DNA of 64,000 nucleotides, from the NCBI GenBank assembly GCA_963740355.1, contig CAVUDW010000002.1:2336001-2400000 (forward strand). The letters run 5' to 3'. The stretch comes from an uncultured Gemmatimonadaceae bacterium (GTDB lineage Bacteria > Gemmatimonadota > Gemmatimonadetes > Gemmatimonadales > Gemmatimonadaceae). The position numbers and the translations under genes were made by a program. Of the stretch, positions 47,817 through 57,186 are shown piece by piece. Each line of letters starts with the position of its first letter. Positions within the stretch are counted from its first letter, which is position 1. The notes under the pieces were generated by a model. It was not told where the DNA came from, searched no databases, and saw only the letters and a list, made by a program, of their open reading frames with translations.

Positions 47817-49186
47817 AGGATGTTGCCCTGTGCCAGGAGGTTATGCGGATCGAGCTCACGCTTGATCGCACGCATCATGGCTTGCTGTGTTCCCGACATC
47901 TGCAACGGCAGCCAACGCGACTTGATCTTGCCGATGCCGTGCTCGGCTGCGACTGTGCCGCCGAGTGCAATCACGGCGCGCAGCGTCTCGCTGACGGCAT
48001 CGGTGATCAGCTCCCGTTCCGCAGTGTCGCGCGCAATGAAGTTCTGATGCGGATGGCCGTTGCCCGCGTGGCCAAAGGTGACCGGCGGCTCGAGTCCGCG
48101 CGATGCGACGGCCGCGCGTGACGCCGCGAGTGCGTCACCCAGCCGATGATACGGGACGGCCCAGTCGGTCGAGATGCGCCGGCCACCATTTGCGCGATGG
48201 GGCGCGGCGCGCTCATGCATCGTGGCTGGCACGGCATGTCGCAGCCGGCGCGCGTCGCGCAGCGCTGCCTCGGTGTCGTACACGCGAATGTCGTCATCCA
48301 GCGCGTGGTGATACATGGCAAGCTCGAGCCACGCGTCCAGCGGCGGTTCGTCGGCGTCTCGTCCTGACAACTCGGTATAGATCAACGCCTGCGCGCTGGT
48401 CGCCCATCCTGCGTCCTGCGCCGCAACGCGCGCAATCGACAGCGCGCCGGCATCGAGGAACTCGAGACAGCGAGGGGAGAGCTCGGCAGATTCACGTGCC
48501 GCGATCACGAACGCCAGCGCGTCGGACTCGGTCGGGAAGGGGATCGAAAGGCCGATGACCCACGCGGGCAGCGGAAGCAACGACAACTCAGCTTCCAGTA
48601 TGACGCCGAGTGTGCCTTCGCTGCCCACGAACCAGTCCACCAGGTCGTGCACTGGTGCGTATCCCACCGTGTTCTTCTCGAGGGACGGGCGACGTAACTC
48701 GAGGACATCACCGTTGATCAGTGCGACGGTCAGCCCTCGCACATGATTGCGAATTGGGCCGTAGCGCAATGAACGAGCGCCAGACGCGTTGCACGCGATC
48801 GCTCCACCAATCGTGCAATCCTCTTCGCTGGTGGGATCGGGCGCCAGCAGGAATCCGTCCGACGCAAGCGTTCGCTTCAGCGGACCTAGCAACTCACCAG
48901 CCCCGACGCGCACGGTGCGCGCTGCCCGATCGATGTCATGAATGCCAGCGACGTTACGCAGTGACAGCAACATCCCGCGATCCGTCAGCGACGCCGCTGT
49001 CGTGCTGGTCTGTCCGCCGGCTGTCGTCACGGGGGTGCGATCACGCGTGGCCTCGACGAGCAGCTCCACGACCTCGCCACGCGCTGACGGCCGCGCGACG
49101 GAGTCTGGAATCAGTTCCAACCCAGACGCGTCACGGCTGACACTCTGTCGGACATCGACATCGGTCGTGACGAGTGCGCTGGTCAT
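47813..49186 (-). CDS. FAD-linked oxidase/dehydrogenase (GlcD / D-2-hydroxyglutarate dehydrogenase family)
   Basis: PDPTS...TIGG.IACNASG, VGSEGTLGVI, FGHAGNGH.H, AEHGIGK, K..LDP.N.L. Confidence 0.85.
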   Translation of the reverse strand: MTSALVTTDVDVRQSVSRDASGLELIPDSVARPSARGEVVELLVEATRDRTPVTTAGGQTSTTAASLTDRGMLLSLRNVAGIHDIDRAARTVRVGAGELLGPLKRTLASDGFLLAPDPTSEEDCTIGGAIACNASGARSLRYGPIRNHVRGLTVALINGDVLELRRPSLEKNTVGYAPVHDLVDWFVGSEGTLGVILEAELSLLPLPAWVIGLSIPFPTESDALAFVIAARESAELSPRCLEFLDAGALSIARVAAQDAGWATSAQALIYTELSGRDADEPPLDAWLELAMYHHALDDDIRVYDTEAALRDARRLRHAVPATMHERAAPHRANGGRRISTDWAVPYHRLGDALAASRAAVASRGLEPPVTFGHAGNGHPHQNFIARDTAERELITDAVSETLRAVIALGGTVAAEHGIGKIKSRWLPLQMSGTQQAMMRAIKRELDPHNLLAQGNIL

Positions 49187-50814
49187 GTGGTGTGTGCGCT
49201 CTCGGTCGCACCGCCGAAGCGCACGATCGTCGCCGTCCGCACGTCGGGCAACGCCATCAGGCGTTCGCGCAGCGCTGGCGCCACGACACCATCGACGGAG
49301 ATGGCAGCGAGGGCTTCGCCGCCCTGCGCAAGGCGGGCCTGATGATATTCGGCGATGTTCACCTGGGCATCACCCAGCACGGTACCAACACGGCCGATGA
49401 CACCAGGCACGTCGTTGTTGGTGAGCACGATCATCGTCTGTCGCGGCGTCACATCCACATGGAATGCACCGATCCGCGTCACGCGTGCAGCTCCGCCCGG
49501 TGGCGCCATCGCGACGACGCCGATCTCGCGCACGCCGCCGCCAAGCGACACATCCACCGTTGCGGTCCGCTCCTTGTCGGAGAGTTCGCCGATCGACAGC
49601 TCGATGCCGCGCGCTTCGGCCATGGCGCGGGCGTTGATCAGGTTGAGTCGCCCGTCGTCGATCACCCCTTCCAGGATTCCCGCACAGGCTGCAGAGAGCA
49701 GCGCAGCACCGGCGCCGATGAGGTCGGGGCTCACGCGCAGTCGCACGCGCTGGATGATGCTGATGCCCTGGTCGAGCAGGAGCGCTCGCGCGATCGCCGC
49801 CGCTCGCTGCGAAACCAGCAGCGCAGGCTGCAAGTCGCGCCACTCCGTACCAGACACGGAAGCCACATTCAGTGAGCGAGTGAGCTCACCATGCAGCAGC
49901 GCGTCACGCACCGCTTCGCAGACGTCGACGGCCACATTGCGTTGCGCCTCCGCGGTCGACGCGCCAAGGTGCGGCGTGAGCAACACGTTCGTCAGCGACC
50001 GCAAAGGGTGGTCGGCCGCCAGGGGTTCCTGTGCGAAGGCGTCGATGCACGCACCGCGCAACACGCCGCTTTGCAGCGCCTGCGCCAGCGCACCATCGTC
50101 AACGATGCCGCCGCGCGCGAGATTGCATACCACCGCGCCAGCCGGCATGCGCGCCAGTTCACGCCGGCCGATCATGCCTGTCGTCTCCGGTGTGAGCGGT
50201 GTGTGGATGGTCAACACATCCGCATCCGGCAGCATCGCCTCGAGTGATGGCGCACGCGTGATCTTCAGGGCCCGGAATCGCTCATCGCCGACGTAGGGAT
50301 CGTAACCGATCACGTCCATGCCGAACGCATGCGCGCGCATCGCGACCTCTGACCCGATCCGGCCCACACCAACGATGCCGAGCGTGCGTCCCTTCAGCTC
50401 ACTGCCAAGAAGGGCTGATCGATCCCATCGGCCTGCGTGCATGGAAGTATCCGCGCGGACGATATGGCGAAACAGTGCGATCAAGGAGCCGAACAACAGC
50501 TCCGCCACGGCGATCGTATTGCCCGCCGGCGCATTGATGACCGCGACACCCAGCTCGGTCGCGGTCGCCATGTCGACATTGTCCACGCCGACGCCGGCGC
50601 GCCCAACCACACGCAGCTTGGTGCCGGCGCGCAGCAGCTCGCCGCTGATCCGCGACGCACTTCGACCCACGATCGCATCGTACGCCGGAATTCGCGCGAG
50701 CAACTCGGCGGCGGGGAGGGTAGGGACCTCCTCGACCTGCAACCGAGGCTCAGACATCAAGAGTGCAAGACCGTCAGGATCGATCTCGTCCGTCACCAGC
50801 ACGCGATATCGCAT
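49183..50814 (-). CDS. serA: D-3-phosphoglycerate dehydrogenase (with ASB and ACT domains)
   Basis: GRAGVGVDNVD, NT.AVAE, G.GRIG, H.PLT.ET, N.ARGG, TPHLGAST.EAQ, N.DVPGVIG.VG. Confidence 0.96.
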   Translation of the reverse strand: MRYRVLVTDEIDPDGLALLMSEPRLQVEEVPTLPAAELLARIPAYDAIVGRSASRISGELLRAGTKLRVVGRAGVGVDNVDMATATELGVAVINAPAGNTIAVAELLFGSLIALFRHIVRADTSMHAGRWDRSALLGSELKGRTLGIVGVGRIGSEVAMRAHAFGMDVIGYDPYVGDERFRALKITRAPSLEAMLPDADVLTIHTPLTPETTGMIGRRELARMPAGAVVCNLARGGIVDDGALAQALQSGVLRGACIDAFAQEPLAADHPLRSLTNVLLTPHLGASTAEAQRNVAVDVCEAVRDALLHGELTRSLNVASVSGTEWRDLQPALLVSQRAAAIARALLLDQGISIIQRVRLRVSPDLIGAGAALLSAACAGILEGVIDDGRLNLINARAMAEARGIELSIGELSDKERTATVDVSLGGGVREIGVVAMAPPGGAARVTRIGAFHVDVTPRQTMIVLTNNDVPGVIGRVGTVLGDAQVNIAEYHQARLAQGGEALAAISVDGVVAPALRERLMALPDVRTATIVRFGGATESAHTT

Positions 50815-50940
50815 GCATCTCCAGGGCAGGGGGTATCGCGTTCAGCTCGGCGATTCCCTGAAAGATATCAAGCCCGGCAACCGTACTGAGGCCGCAGCAC
50901 TGGAGGAGCAGCGGCAGGCGACATGCCTGGTCCGCAATGC

Positions 50941-50970
50941 AAAACGCCCACGGCGCAAGCCGCGGGCGTT
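50941..50970 (-). terminator. Probable intrinsic terminator after the NlpC/P60 gene
   Basis: aacgccc-a-cggc-gcaa-gccg-c-gggcgtt hairpin with a short U tract on the - strand. Confidence 0.55.
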
Positions 50971-51002
50971 GAACTCGAGCACGACACGTGGCGCTGTTCA
51001 GC

Positions 51003-51716
51003 TCACGGAATCAATTCTGACTTTGCGGTCGTCGTGTCGGCGTCAGCCACCAATCGGATGGCACCCTTGAAGCGCGCCGCACGAGTGTTGAGCAGGCTCT
51101 CGACGACTCCAACGCCTGGCCGGCTGGCGTGAACGTAGCGGCCGTTACCTGAATAGATCGCGATGTGCGTTATCCGGCGGCCGGTCCCGAACGTCAGGAG
51201 ATCGCCCGGCTTCATGCGATCGAGATCGCGCCCGATGCGAATGCCGGTGTACGCCTGCTCGTTCGCCGTGCGGGGGAGGCTGACATTGAGCCATGACATC
51301 ACATACTTGACCAACCCGCTGCAATCGAAGGCACGACCCGGCGTTTCAGCGCCCCAGACGTACGGCGTGCCGATCTGCTGGCGGGCCACCGAGACGATCG
51401 AGTCACGCAAGGCATCCGCTGAGTCGGACATGAACGACGCTTGCGCCACATCCGGAACGATCGGCCCTGAATAGACGTGGCGGCTGCGGGCGCGGCGCCC
51501 CTTGGCGGTCCGTCGCGAAGTAACGCGGGAGGCAGCGCGAGAGCGGCTGCGCGTTGCGACGGCTTTTTGCTTCTTTCGGGTCGCCGTGGCGACCGGCTTC
51601 TTGCCCCGAGGCTTCTCGGCTGCCGCGCTGTTCGGCGTGGCGATGACGACCGCCACGATGCCGAGGAGCAGCACGAGGCGGCGCAGGGCAGTGGCTAGAG
51701 AGTTCGGCATTGGCAT
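51003..51716 (-). CDS. NlpC/P60 (C40) cell-wall peptidase
   Basis: Signal peptide, basic linker, GTPYVWG, FDCSGL, LPRTA, PGDLL.F, HIAIY.G...HAS. Confidence 0.92.
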   Translation of the reverse strand: MPMPNSLATALRRLVLLLGIVAVVIATPNSAAAEKPRGKKPVATATRKKQKAVATRSRSRAASRVTSRRTAKGRRARSRHVYSGPIVPDVAQASFMSDSADALRDSIVSVARQQIGTPYVWGAETPGRAFDCSGLVKYVMSWLNVSLPRTANEQAYTGIRIGRDLDRMKPGDLLTFGTGRRITHIAIYSGNGRYVHASRPGVGVVESLLNTRAARFKGAIRLVADADTTTAKSELIP

Positions 51717-52032
51717 GGAGGTAAGGGTACCTGAACGCATCACCGAGCACAGCGGGCTCTCGACGACTCCTGCGGCGGAGACTGACCAGGCACTCAGCCG
51801 GGCCGATCCAGACCGCGCTCCACAGGGGTGACGACAGCCCGCCGGCCGGGGTCACGGAAGCGAGTGTCGACAGAGGGACCCCCGGTCGGAAGCGGGGCCA
51901 TCCGGGGCGTCTCCGCTTGTCGTCCGCGTCCCAACCCGTCAACTTGTTCGGCTACTGCCGCTCCGCCTCGTTTCTGGTGGAGCCGAACGCCTCGGGACGC
52001 CATCTGGCGGCCTCGTCTCCAGACCTGCAACG

Positions 52033-52662
52033 ATGTCGGAATTCGAAGAGGGCGGGCTCGACTCGCTCGCGAGCTGGTTCAAGAGCAATCAGAAAATTGT
52101 CTCGATCGCGCTCGGCGGATTGGTTGTGGCCGCTGCGGCGATCGTCATTTGGCAGAAGTCGGCGGACACGAAGATCGACAATGCCGAGCGTGCGTTCTTC
52201 ACGGCGCAGACGGCTGCGTCGCAGAATCCGGCGAATGCCGCGACCGAGCTCGAGAAGGTGGCGACACGGTATGCCGGTACATCGGCTGGCGATCGCGCCA
52301 CGTTGCTGCTGGCGCAGTCGCTGATGAGCTCGGGGAAGACTGCCGACGCCCTGAAGAAGCTGGAAGCGCTCTCAGCCAGTGGCGGCGCGAGCCGCCTCGG
52401 ATCGACGCTGCAGACGTTGATGGCTGCAGCCTACGAGAACCTGAACCGACCGGCGGATGCGGCCAAGGCCTACCTGGCGGCTGCCGATGCGAGCTTCGGG
52501 GACGCCAAGATCCAGCGACAGGCCGACGCCGCACGGGCGTACATGGCGGCGGGAAACAACGCTGAGTCCATGAAGCTCTGGACGGAGCTGGCGAAGGACG
52601 ACAAGGGTCCGTTGGCTGCCGAAGCGCATGTCCGGTTGGGCGAGCTGGCCGTCAAGCAGTAG
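52033..52662 (+). CDS. Membrane-anchored TPR protein (YfgM-like)
   Basis: N-terminal W.K.N followed by a TM helix and TPR-like helices. Confidence 0.7.
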   Translation: MSEFEEGGLDSLASWFKSNQKIVSIALGGLVVAAAAIVIWQKSADTKIDNAERAFFTAQTAASQNPANAATELEKVATRYAGTSAGDRATLLLAQSLMSSGKTADALKKLEALSASGGASRLGSTLQTLMAAAYENLNRPADAAKAYLAAADASFGDAKIQRQADAARAYMAAGNNAESMKLWTELAKDDKGPLAAEAHVRLGELAVKQ

Positions 52663-52681
52663 TCGACGTTCGATCGATTGT

Positions 52682-52720
52682 CGTCGGGCCCGATTGATCG
52701 GTGATCAGTCGGGCCCGACG
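52682..52720 (+). terminator. Strong hairpin after the TPR gene
   Basis: cgtcgggcccgattgatc-ggt-gatcagtcgggcccgacg, 18-bp stem with one G-U pair; no U tract. Confidence 0.5.
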
Positions 52721-52974
52721 CGTGTGTGCCCGCTGACTGCTCGAGGTGTTTGTCGGCATTGATGCGCCGCCGCGAGTCGGGACCCGTCAGACGGATCTTG
52801 CAAGCTGACGACTCTCCGCCGGAAGCTGCCCGAGAATCGGACTTGGTGCTGTCCGTTTTGGCGTGTGGTTCGGTGATCAGATAGCGACGTCTGTTGAGGC
52901 GAGGTAAGTCGCTCACCGTTGGGGATTTGCGCAGTGCTCCGGGAGCGATTTGACCGTCACGCCGCCGCCACACG

Positions 52975-53002
52975 ACTTCTTATAAGAAGTATTATGTAAA
53001 CT
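52975..53002 (+). other. dif: dif site (XerC/XerD chromosome dimer resolution)
   Basis: ACTTCTTATAA-GAAGTA-TTATGTAAACT: 11-6-11 layout, XerD arm identical to B. subtilis dif, AT-rich, intergenic. Confidence 0.85.
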
Positions 53003-53008
53003 ACACAG

Positions 53009-53027
53009 GGTGGAAAACTGTGGATAA
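53009..53027 (-). promoter_or_regulatory. Tandem DnaA-box-like sequences
   Basis: TGTGGATAA at 53019-53027 (perfect TTATCCACA on the - strand) preceded by GGTGGAAAA at 53009-53017. Confidence 0.55.
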
Positions 53028-53210
53028 GTGCCTCTTTCCGGCCTGTGGTGTGGAAAGTCGCCTCGGTTCCGCACAAATCGGCTCCGGGCACCGTCACGGC
53101 AGCGTCACAGACCTCGTCTGCCACTTTCGACGAAAATCAAGGCCTCGGCCGACAGAATTGTCAGCCATTTTCGGCGGGAAACACGCGCCGAAGTGCCCCG
53201 CAGCCGCCCC

Positions 53211-54059
53211 CTAACGCACGTCGCGCAGGACGCCGTCGTAGACCACGCGACCTTCGCCCGAGAGCTCGCTCCAGCCGGCGTCGACACCATCCGGCAAGCG
53301 CACCGTCAGCACGCGATCACTGGCGGTTCTGAGACGCACCGGCGACTCCGAAGCGGCGGCTCCCCAGGCGATCAAACAGGCTGCCGTTGCAACCGACCCA
53401 GTGCCGCAGGCATACGTCTCACCTTCCACGCCGCGCTCGTACGTCCGGATGCGCCATTCGCCGACGTCGGCGCCTGGGCTGACGAAGTTGACGTTCGCGC
53501 CCTCTGGCGCGCGCTGCGCCCCGTACCGCAGGATCCGACCGCGAGCTGCCACATCGATCGCACTCACGTCGTCGACCTGCACCACGAGGTGCGGAACGCC
53601 AACCACCGCGTAGCCAATGCGGAGCTCGCGTGGCGCGGTGCCTTCGGGAGCCTGCACCTCGAGCGCAGTCACTGGCGCGAGCCGGATCGCCGCCACGCCA
53701 TGGGCATCGATCGATGCGGCAATCAGTCCCGCGTCAGACATGAAGTGAAACATCTGTTCACGTGTCGCAAGTCCAAGCCGCACAGCGCTTTGCGCTGCAC
53801 AGAGTGAAGCGTTTCCGCACAGCGACGCGCGCGTACCATCGGCGTTGTAGTACCGGATGGCAAAATGCGCCTCATCGGACTCGGCAATGAACACGACGCC
53901 ATCAGCGCCGATGCCAATGTGCGGCCGGCAGATGGCGGCGATCATTTCCGTGGTCTCCAGCGGATCGGCCGAATGCCCGCTCGAGCGCGAATCGAAAAAG
54001 ACGAAGTCGTTCCCCGACCCCGACATCTTCCAGAAAGCGCGTCCGGTTCCGCTCGTCAT
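53211..54059 (-). CDS. dapF: Diaminopimelate epimerase
   Basis: FWKMSGSGNDF, GIGADG, YYNADG...LCGNA, GVPH, NVNF, RTYERGVEGETYACGTG. Confidence 0.96.
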   Translation of the reverse strand: MTSGTGRAFWKMSGSGNDFVFFDSRSSGHSADPLETTEMIAAICRPHIGIGADGVVFIAESDEAHFAIRYYNADGTRASLCGNASLCAAQSAVRLGLATREQMFHFMSDAGLIAASIDAHGVAAIRLAPVTALEVQAPEGTAPRELRIGYAVVGVPHLVVQVDDVSAIDVAARGRILRYGAQRAPEGANVNFVSPGADVGEWRIRTYERGVEGETYACGTGSVATAACLIAWGAAASESPVRLRTASDRVLTVRLPDGVDAGWSELSGEGRVVYDGVLRDVR

Positions 54060-54808
54060 ACTCGGCCCGTGATCGACCACCAGCGGAGACGCCAGACCAT
54101 CCAGATCGCCTCGCGCACGATGCGCTTGGACATCTTGCTCTCGCCTTCGGTGCGATCGGTGAAGACGATCGGAATCTCGGCGATCCGGAATCCTTTCTTC
54201 CAGGCCCGGAAGCTGACTTCGATCTGGAATGCGTAGCCGTTCGATCGCACATCATCGAGATCGATCGTTTCCAGCACGGTGCGGCGGAAGCACTTGAAGC
54301 CGCCAGTCGCATCATACAGCTGCAGGCCGGTCACAGTGCGCGCGTAGATGTTGGCCGCATAACTGAGCATGAGTCGCGTCATCGGCCAGTTCACCACCGT
54401 CACCTTGCCGTTCCGATACCTCGAGCCAAGGACGAGGTCGGTGTCCTGAATGGCGCGCAAGAACTCCGGCAGGTGTCCGGGATCGTGCGAAAAATCGGCG
54501 TCCATCTCGAAGATGAATGCGTAGTCCCGTGCGAGCGCCCACTTGAACCCGGCGAGGTATGCAGTGCCGAGTCCCATCTTCTTCGCGCGATGGAGCGCGT
54601 GGACACGGTCGTTCGTCTTGGCGATTTCATCCACGATGGCCCCTGTACCATCCGGCGAGCCATCGTCCACGATCAGCACCGACAGCCGCGCATCCTGCGA
54701 CAGCACAGCTTCGATGATCCGGGCGACGTTTTCGCGCTCGTTGTACGTCGGGACGATGACCAGGGCACGTTCCTTCGTCACCGCCTCGAGCAATGCGGGT
54801 GCCGTCAC
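54056..54808 (-). CDS. Polyprenol monophosphomannose synthase (GT2, DPM1-like)
   Basis: VPTYNEREN, VDDGSPDGT, GLGTAY..GF, MDADFSHDP, DATGGFKC, GYAFQIE. Confidence 0.92.
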   Translation of the reverse strand: MTAPALLEAVTKERALVIVPTYNERENVARIIEAVLSQDARLSVLIVDDGSPDGTGAIVDEIAKTNDRVHALHRAKKMGLGTAYLAGFKWALARDYAFIFEMDADFSHDPGHLPEFLRAIQDTDLVLGSRYRNGKVTVVNWPMTRLMLSYAANIYARTVTGLQLYDATGGFKCFRRTVLETIDLDDVRSNGYAFQIEVSFRAWKKGFRIAEIPIVFTDRTEGESKMSKRIVREAIWMVWRLRWWSITGRV

Positions 54809-57186
54809 GCGGTCTTCCTCCGGTCGGTCACGACGCCACCAGCCAGGAGCAGCAGCGCGAGGCCGAGCGCGATCAGCGTGATGGTCTTCCCCTTCTCGTA
54901 GCTGGCACTGGTGAATCGCAGCTCGATCGACTTCGCGCCGGCTGGCAGCGGAACGCCAATCAGCGAGTACATGGCTCGCGACGCGGTCACCGGCTTGCCG
55001 TCGACGGTCGCGTTCCAGCCGGGATAGAAATTCTCCGACACGACTAAAGCAGAGCCTGCTGGAGCTGGCGCGCCGAGTGTAATCGAAATGGCGCCGGGAT
55101 CATACTTCGTCACCGAGACAGGGAGGTCAAGCGGCGCCGGCGGAGCGGCGAGCTGTGCTGCCTTCACGTCGGCGCTGTCGTTGAAAATCGCGACGGAGTG
55201 CACTGGGAATCGCGGGTCGAGCACGGTGGTCAGTGTCACGCTGTCGGCGGCCTTGATGATCGCCGGCGCGACCCACGCAGCGCGGTTGTCGCCCGGCAGT
55301 TCGTAGACGTACACGGTGGACCCATGTGCATCACGTACCGGACCGGCCACGAGTTTCGTGCCTTCGAGCGGAAACTTGGCGACATCGGTGAGGAAGAACC
55401 GCGAATTCGAGAGTGCCCAGAAGTTGGGATTCGCGAGTTGCGGGTACCCTTCCTCTTCGTGGCCGATCAGGTCGTCGTAGCGGCGGAGTTCGTTGCCGTG
55501 GTAGCCCTTCGTCTGCCGAATCCCGTGGGCCATCAACCCGCTGTAGCCAAGCTCAGGATCACGCGGCGGACCACTCCGCTCGATCGCGACGTCGATCACA
55601 CGCCCGGGCTCGGTCGCCGTCGCCTTCTTGATGTATTCGATCGCGGGATCGGAGGCGAAGGAAACACTGGCTGGCTTGCTGAATGTCCAGTACGTGCGCA
55701 TCACGCTGGTGAGATCGAGCGCGACCAGCACCACCAGTGCCCAGCCTGCAACGGTCGGCGTGAGCTTCTGGCTGCCACGACCAAAGGCCACGGCCAGCAC
55801 CAGCGCGGCGAAGAACATCGCCCGCACGCTGCCCATCATCAGGTCGCTAGCGTTGCGCGTCACCAGTTCGGCGACTTCTGGGGCTGCGAAGGCGCCAGCA
55901 ACCCCGGAGAGCATTCCCGTCACGCCAAGCAGGAGGATGGCGCCGATGCTCGCGCCGGCCGCGGTCAGGAATCGCCGCGACAGCGCCTTTTCCAACAGCC
56001 CCTGTGCCCCGTACCCGGCCAGGACGGCCATCGCGAACGTGGCCACGAAGAATACGGTACTCGGAGCCCGGAAGAACTTCGAGCCAGGGACGAGGGCGTA
56101 GATCAGCTCATAGAAGGGCGTGAAGCCACCCATCGCCCAGAGCGTGAAGAGCACCACGAATCCGCCCCAGAAATACACATCACGCGAGCGGACTTTCGAG
56201 CGAAACGCCGCCACCACGAGCAGCCAGACGGCAGCACCGATGTATTCGCTGTGGTGGTGAATCCGATTCGGGCCCCAGTACTTGTCGAGAATGCCGGTGA
56301 ATTCAGGAATCAACGTATTGAACAATTCAACCGGCGGAAACGAAAACGATGTCGCGAACGCATAGTCCCGTCCGCCGGCGCGCGGAGAGAACGGCGTGTA
56401 CTCCATCACGGGCAGGTACTGGATCGCGCTGATCGCAAACCCAAGGACGATTGCGCCGAGTGCGAATGCGAGCCGCCGAATCGCGATCGGGCGCGCGGGT
56501 CCCGCGAGTCCGAGCCCAAACGCGAGATACAGTGCGAACACCCCGCAGCCCATCAACATGTAGCTCATCAACTGCGGGTGCGGGCTCAGCATGCCGAGTC
56601 CGACGATGACCGCCAGTCCCCCCCATGCGGCGTTCTTGCCGTCGCGAATGCCACGGACCAGGCACAGCATCGCCAGTGGCAGCATCGCACCGACGAAGAT
56701 CTTGCCATCGTGGCCGGGATTGACGTACGACGCGTTCCAGCCGCTCAACATGTAGGCGACCGCGCCAACCAGAGCACCGAAAAATCGCAGGCCCAATGCG
56801 CGGAGAAAGACGTACGTGGCAAATCCACCGAGCATGTAGTGGATGATCATGCCCCACGTCATGGCCGCATCGGTCGGCATGGCCATCCGCAGCAGCGCTG
56901 TCGGATAGAAGATGTCGCCGTGCATTGCACCGACATACGGCATGCCGCCAAACAGGTACGGATTCCAGAGCGCGAATCCACCCGTCGCACGCAGCACCTG
57001 TGCGCCGAATTCGCGGAAGGAATACCCGGCGATGTACTGGTCGCTGTAGATGTTGACGAGGAACTGACCGCTGAGCGCCGGATAGGCCAGCAACATCGTG
57101 CCGACCACGCAGGTCAGCAGCGCGAGCAGCCACGCATTCCGGGGGTCGTTCGTCTGGGTCGTGTTCGAGTCAGGCAGCAGGGCCAT
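54805..57186 (-). CDS. YfhO-like multi-pass membrane protein (GT-C type)
   Basis: LWNPYLFGGMPY, many TM helices, FRAP, C-terminal SENFYPGW.ATVDG...GV.LPAG...L.F followed by a TM helix. Confidence 0.8.
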   Translation of the reverse strand: MALLPDSNTTQTNDPRNAWLLALLTCVVGTMLLAYPALSGQFLVNIYSDQYIAGYSFREFGAQVLRATGGFALWNPYLFGGMPYVGAMHGDIFYPTALLRMAMPTDAAMTWGMIIHYMLGGFATYVFLRALGLRFFGALVGAVAYMLSGWNASYVNPGHDGKIFVGAMLPLAMLCLVRGIRDGKNAAWGGLAVIVGLGMLSPHPQLMSYMLMGCGVFALYLAFGLGLAGPARPIAIRRLAFALGAIVLGFAISAIQYLPVMEYTPFSPRAGGRDYAFATSFSFPPVELFNTLIPEFTGILDKYWGPNRIHHHSEYIGAAVWLLVVAAFRSKVRSRDVYFWGGFVVLFTLWAMGGFTPFYELIYALVPGSKFFRAPSTVFFVATFAMAVLAGYGAQGLLEKALSRRFLTAAGASIGAILLLGVTGMLSGVAGAFAAPEVAELVTRNASDLMMGSVRAMFFAALVLAVAFGRGSQKLTPTVAGWALVVLVALDLTSVMRTYWTFSKPASVSFASDPAIEYIKKATATEPGRVIDVAIERSGPPRDPELGYSGLMAHGIRQTKGYHGNELRRYDDLIGHEEEGYPQLANPNFWALSNSRFFLTDVAKFPLEGTKLVAGPVRDAHGSTVYVYELPGDNRAAWVAPAIIKAADSVTLTTVLDPRFPVHSVAIFNDSADVKAAQLAAPPAPLDLPVSVTKYDPGAISITLGAPAPAGSALVVSENFYPGWNATVDGKPVTASRAMYSLIGVPLPAGAKSIELRFTSASYEKGKTITLIALGLALLLLAGGVVTDRRKTA

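Noticed and set aside
52975..53060. oriC
   Set aside because: Only one perfect DnaA box, no extended DUE, no dnaA/dnaN/gidA nearby, and flanking genes converge rather than diverge; dif is the better explanation
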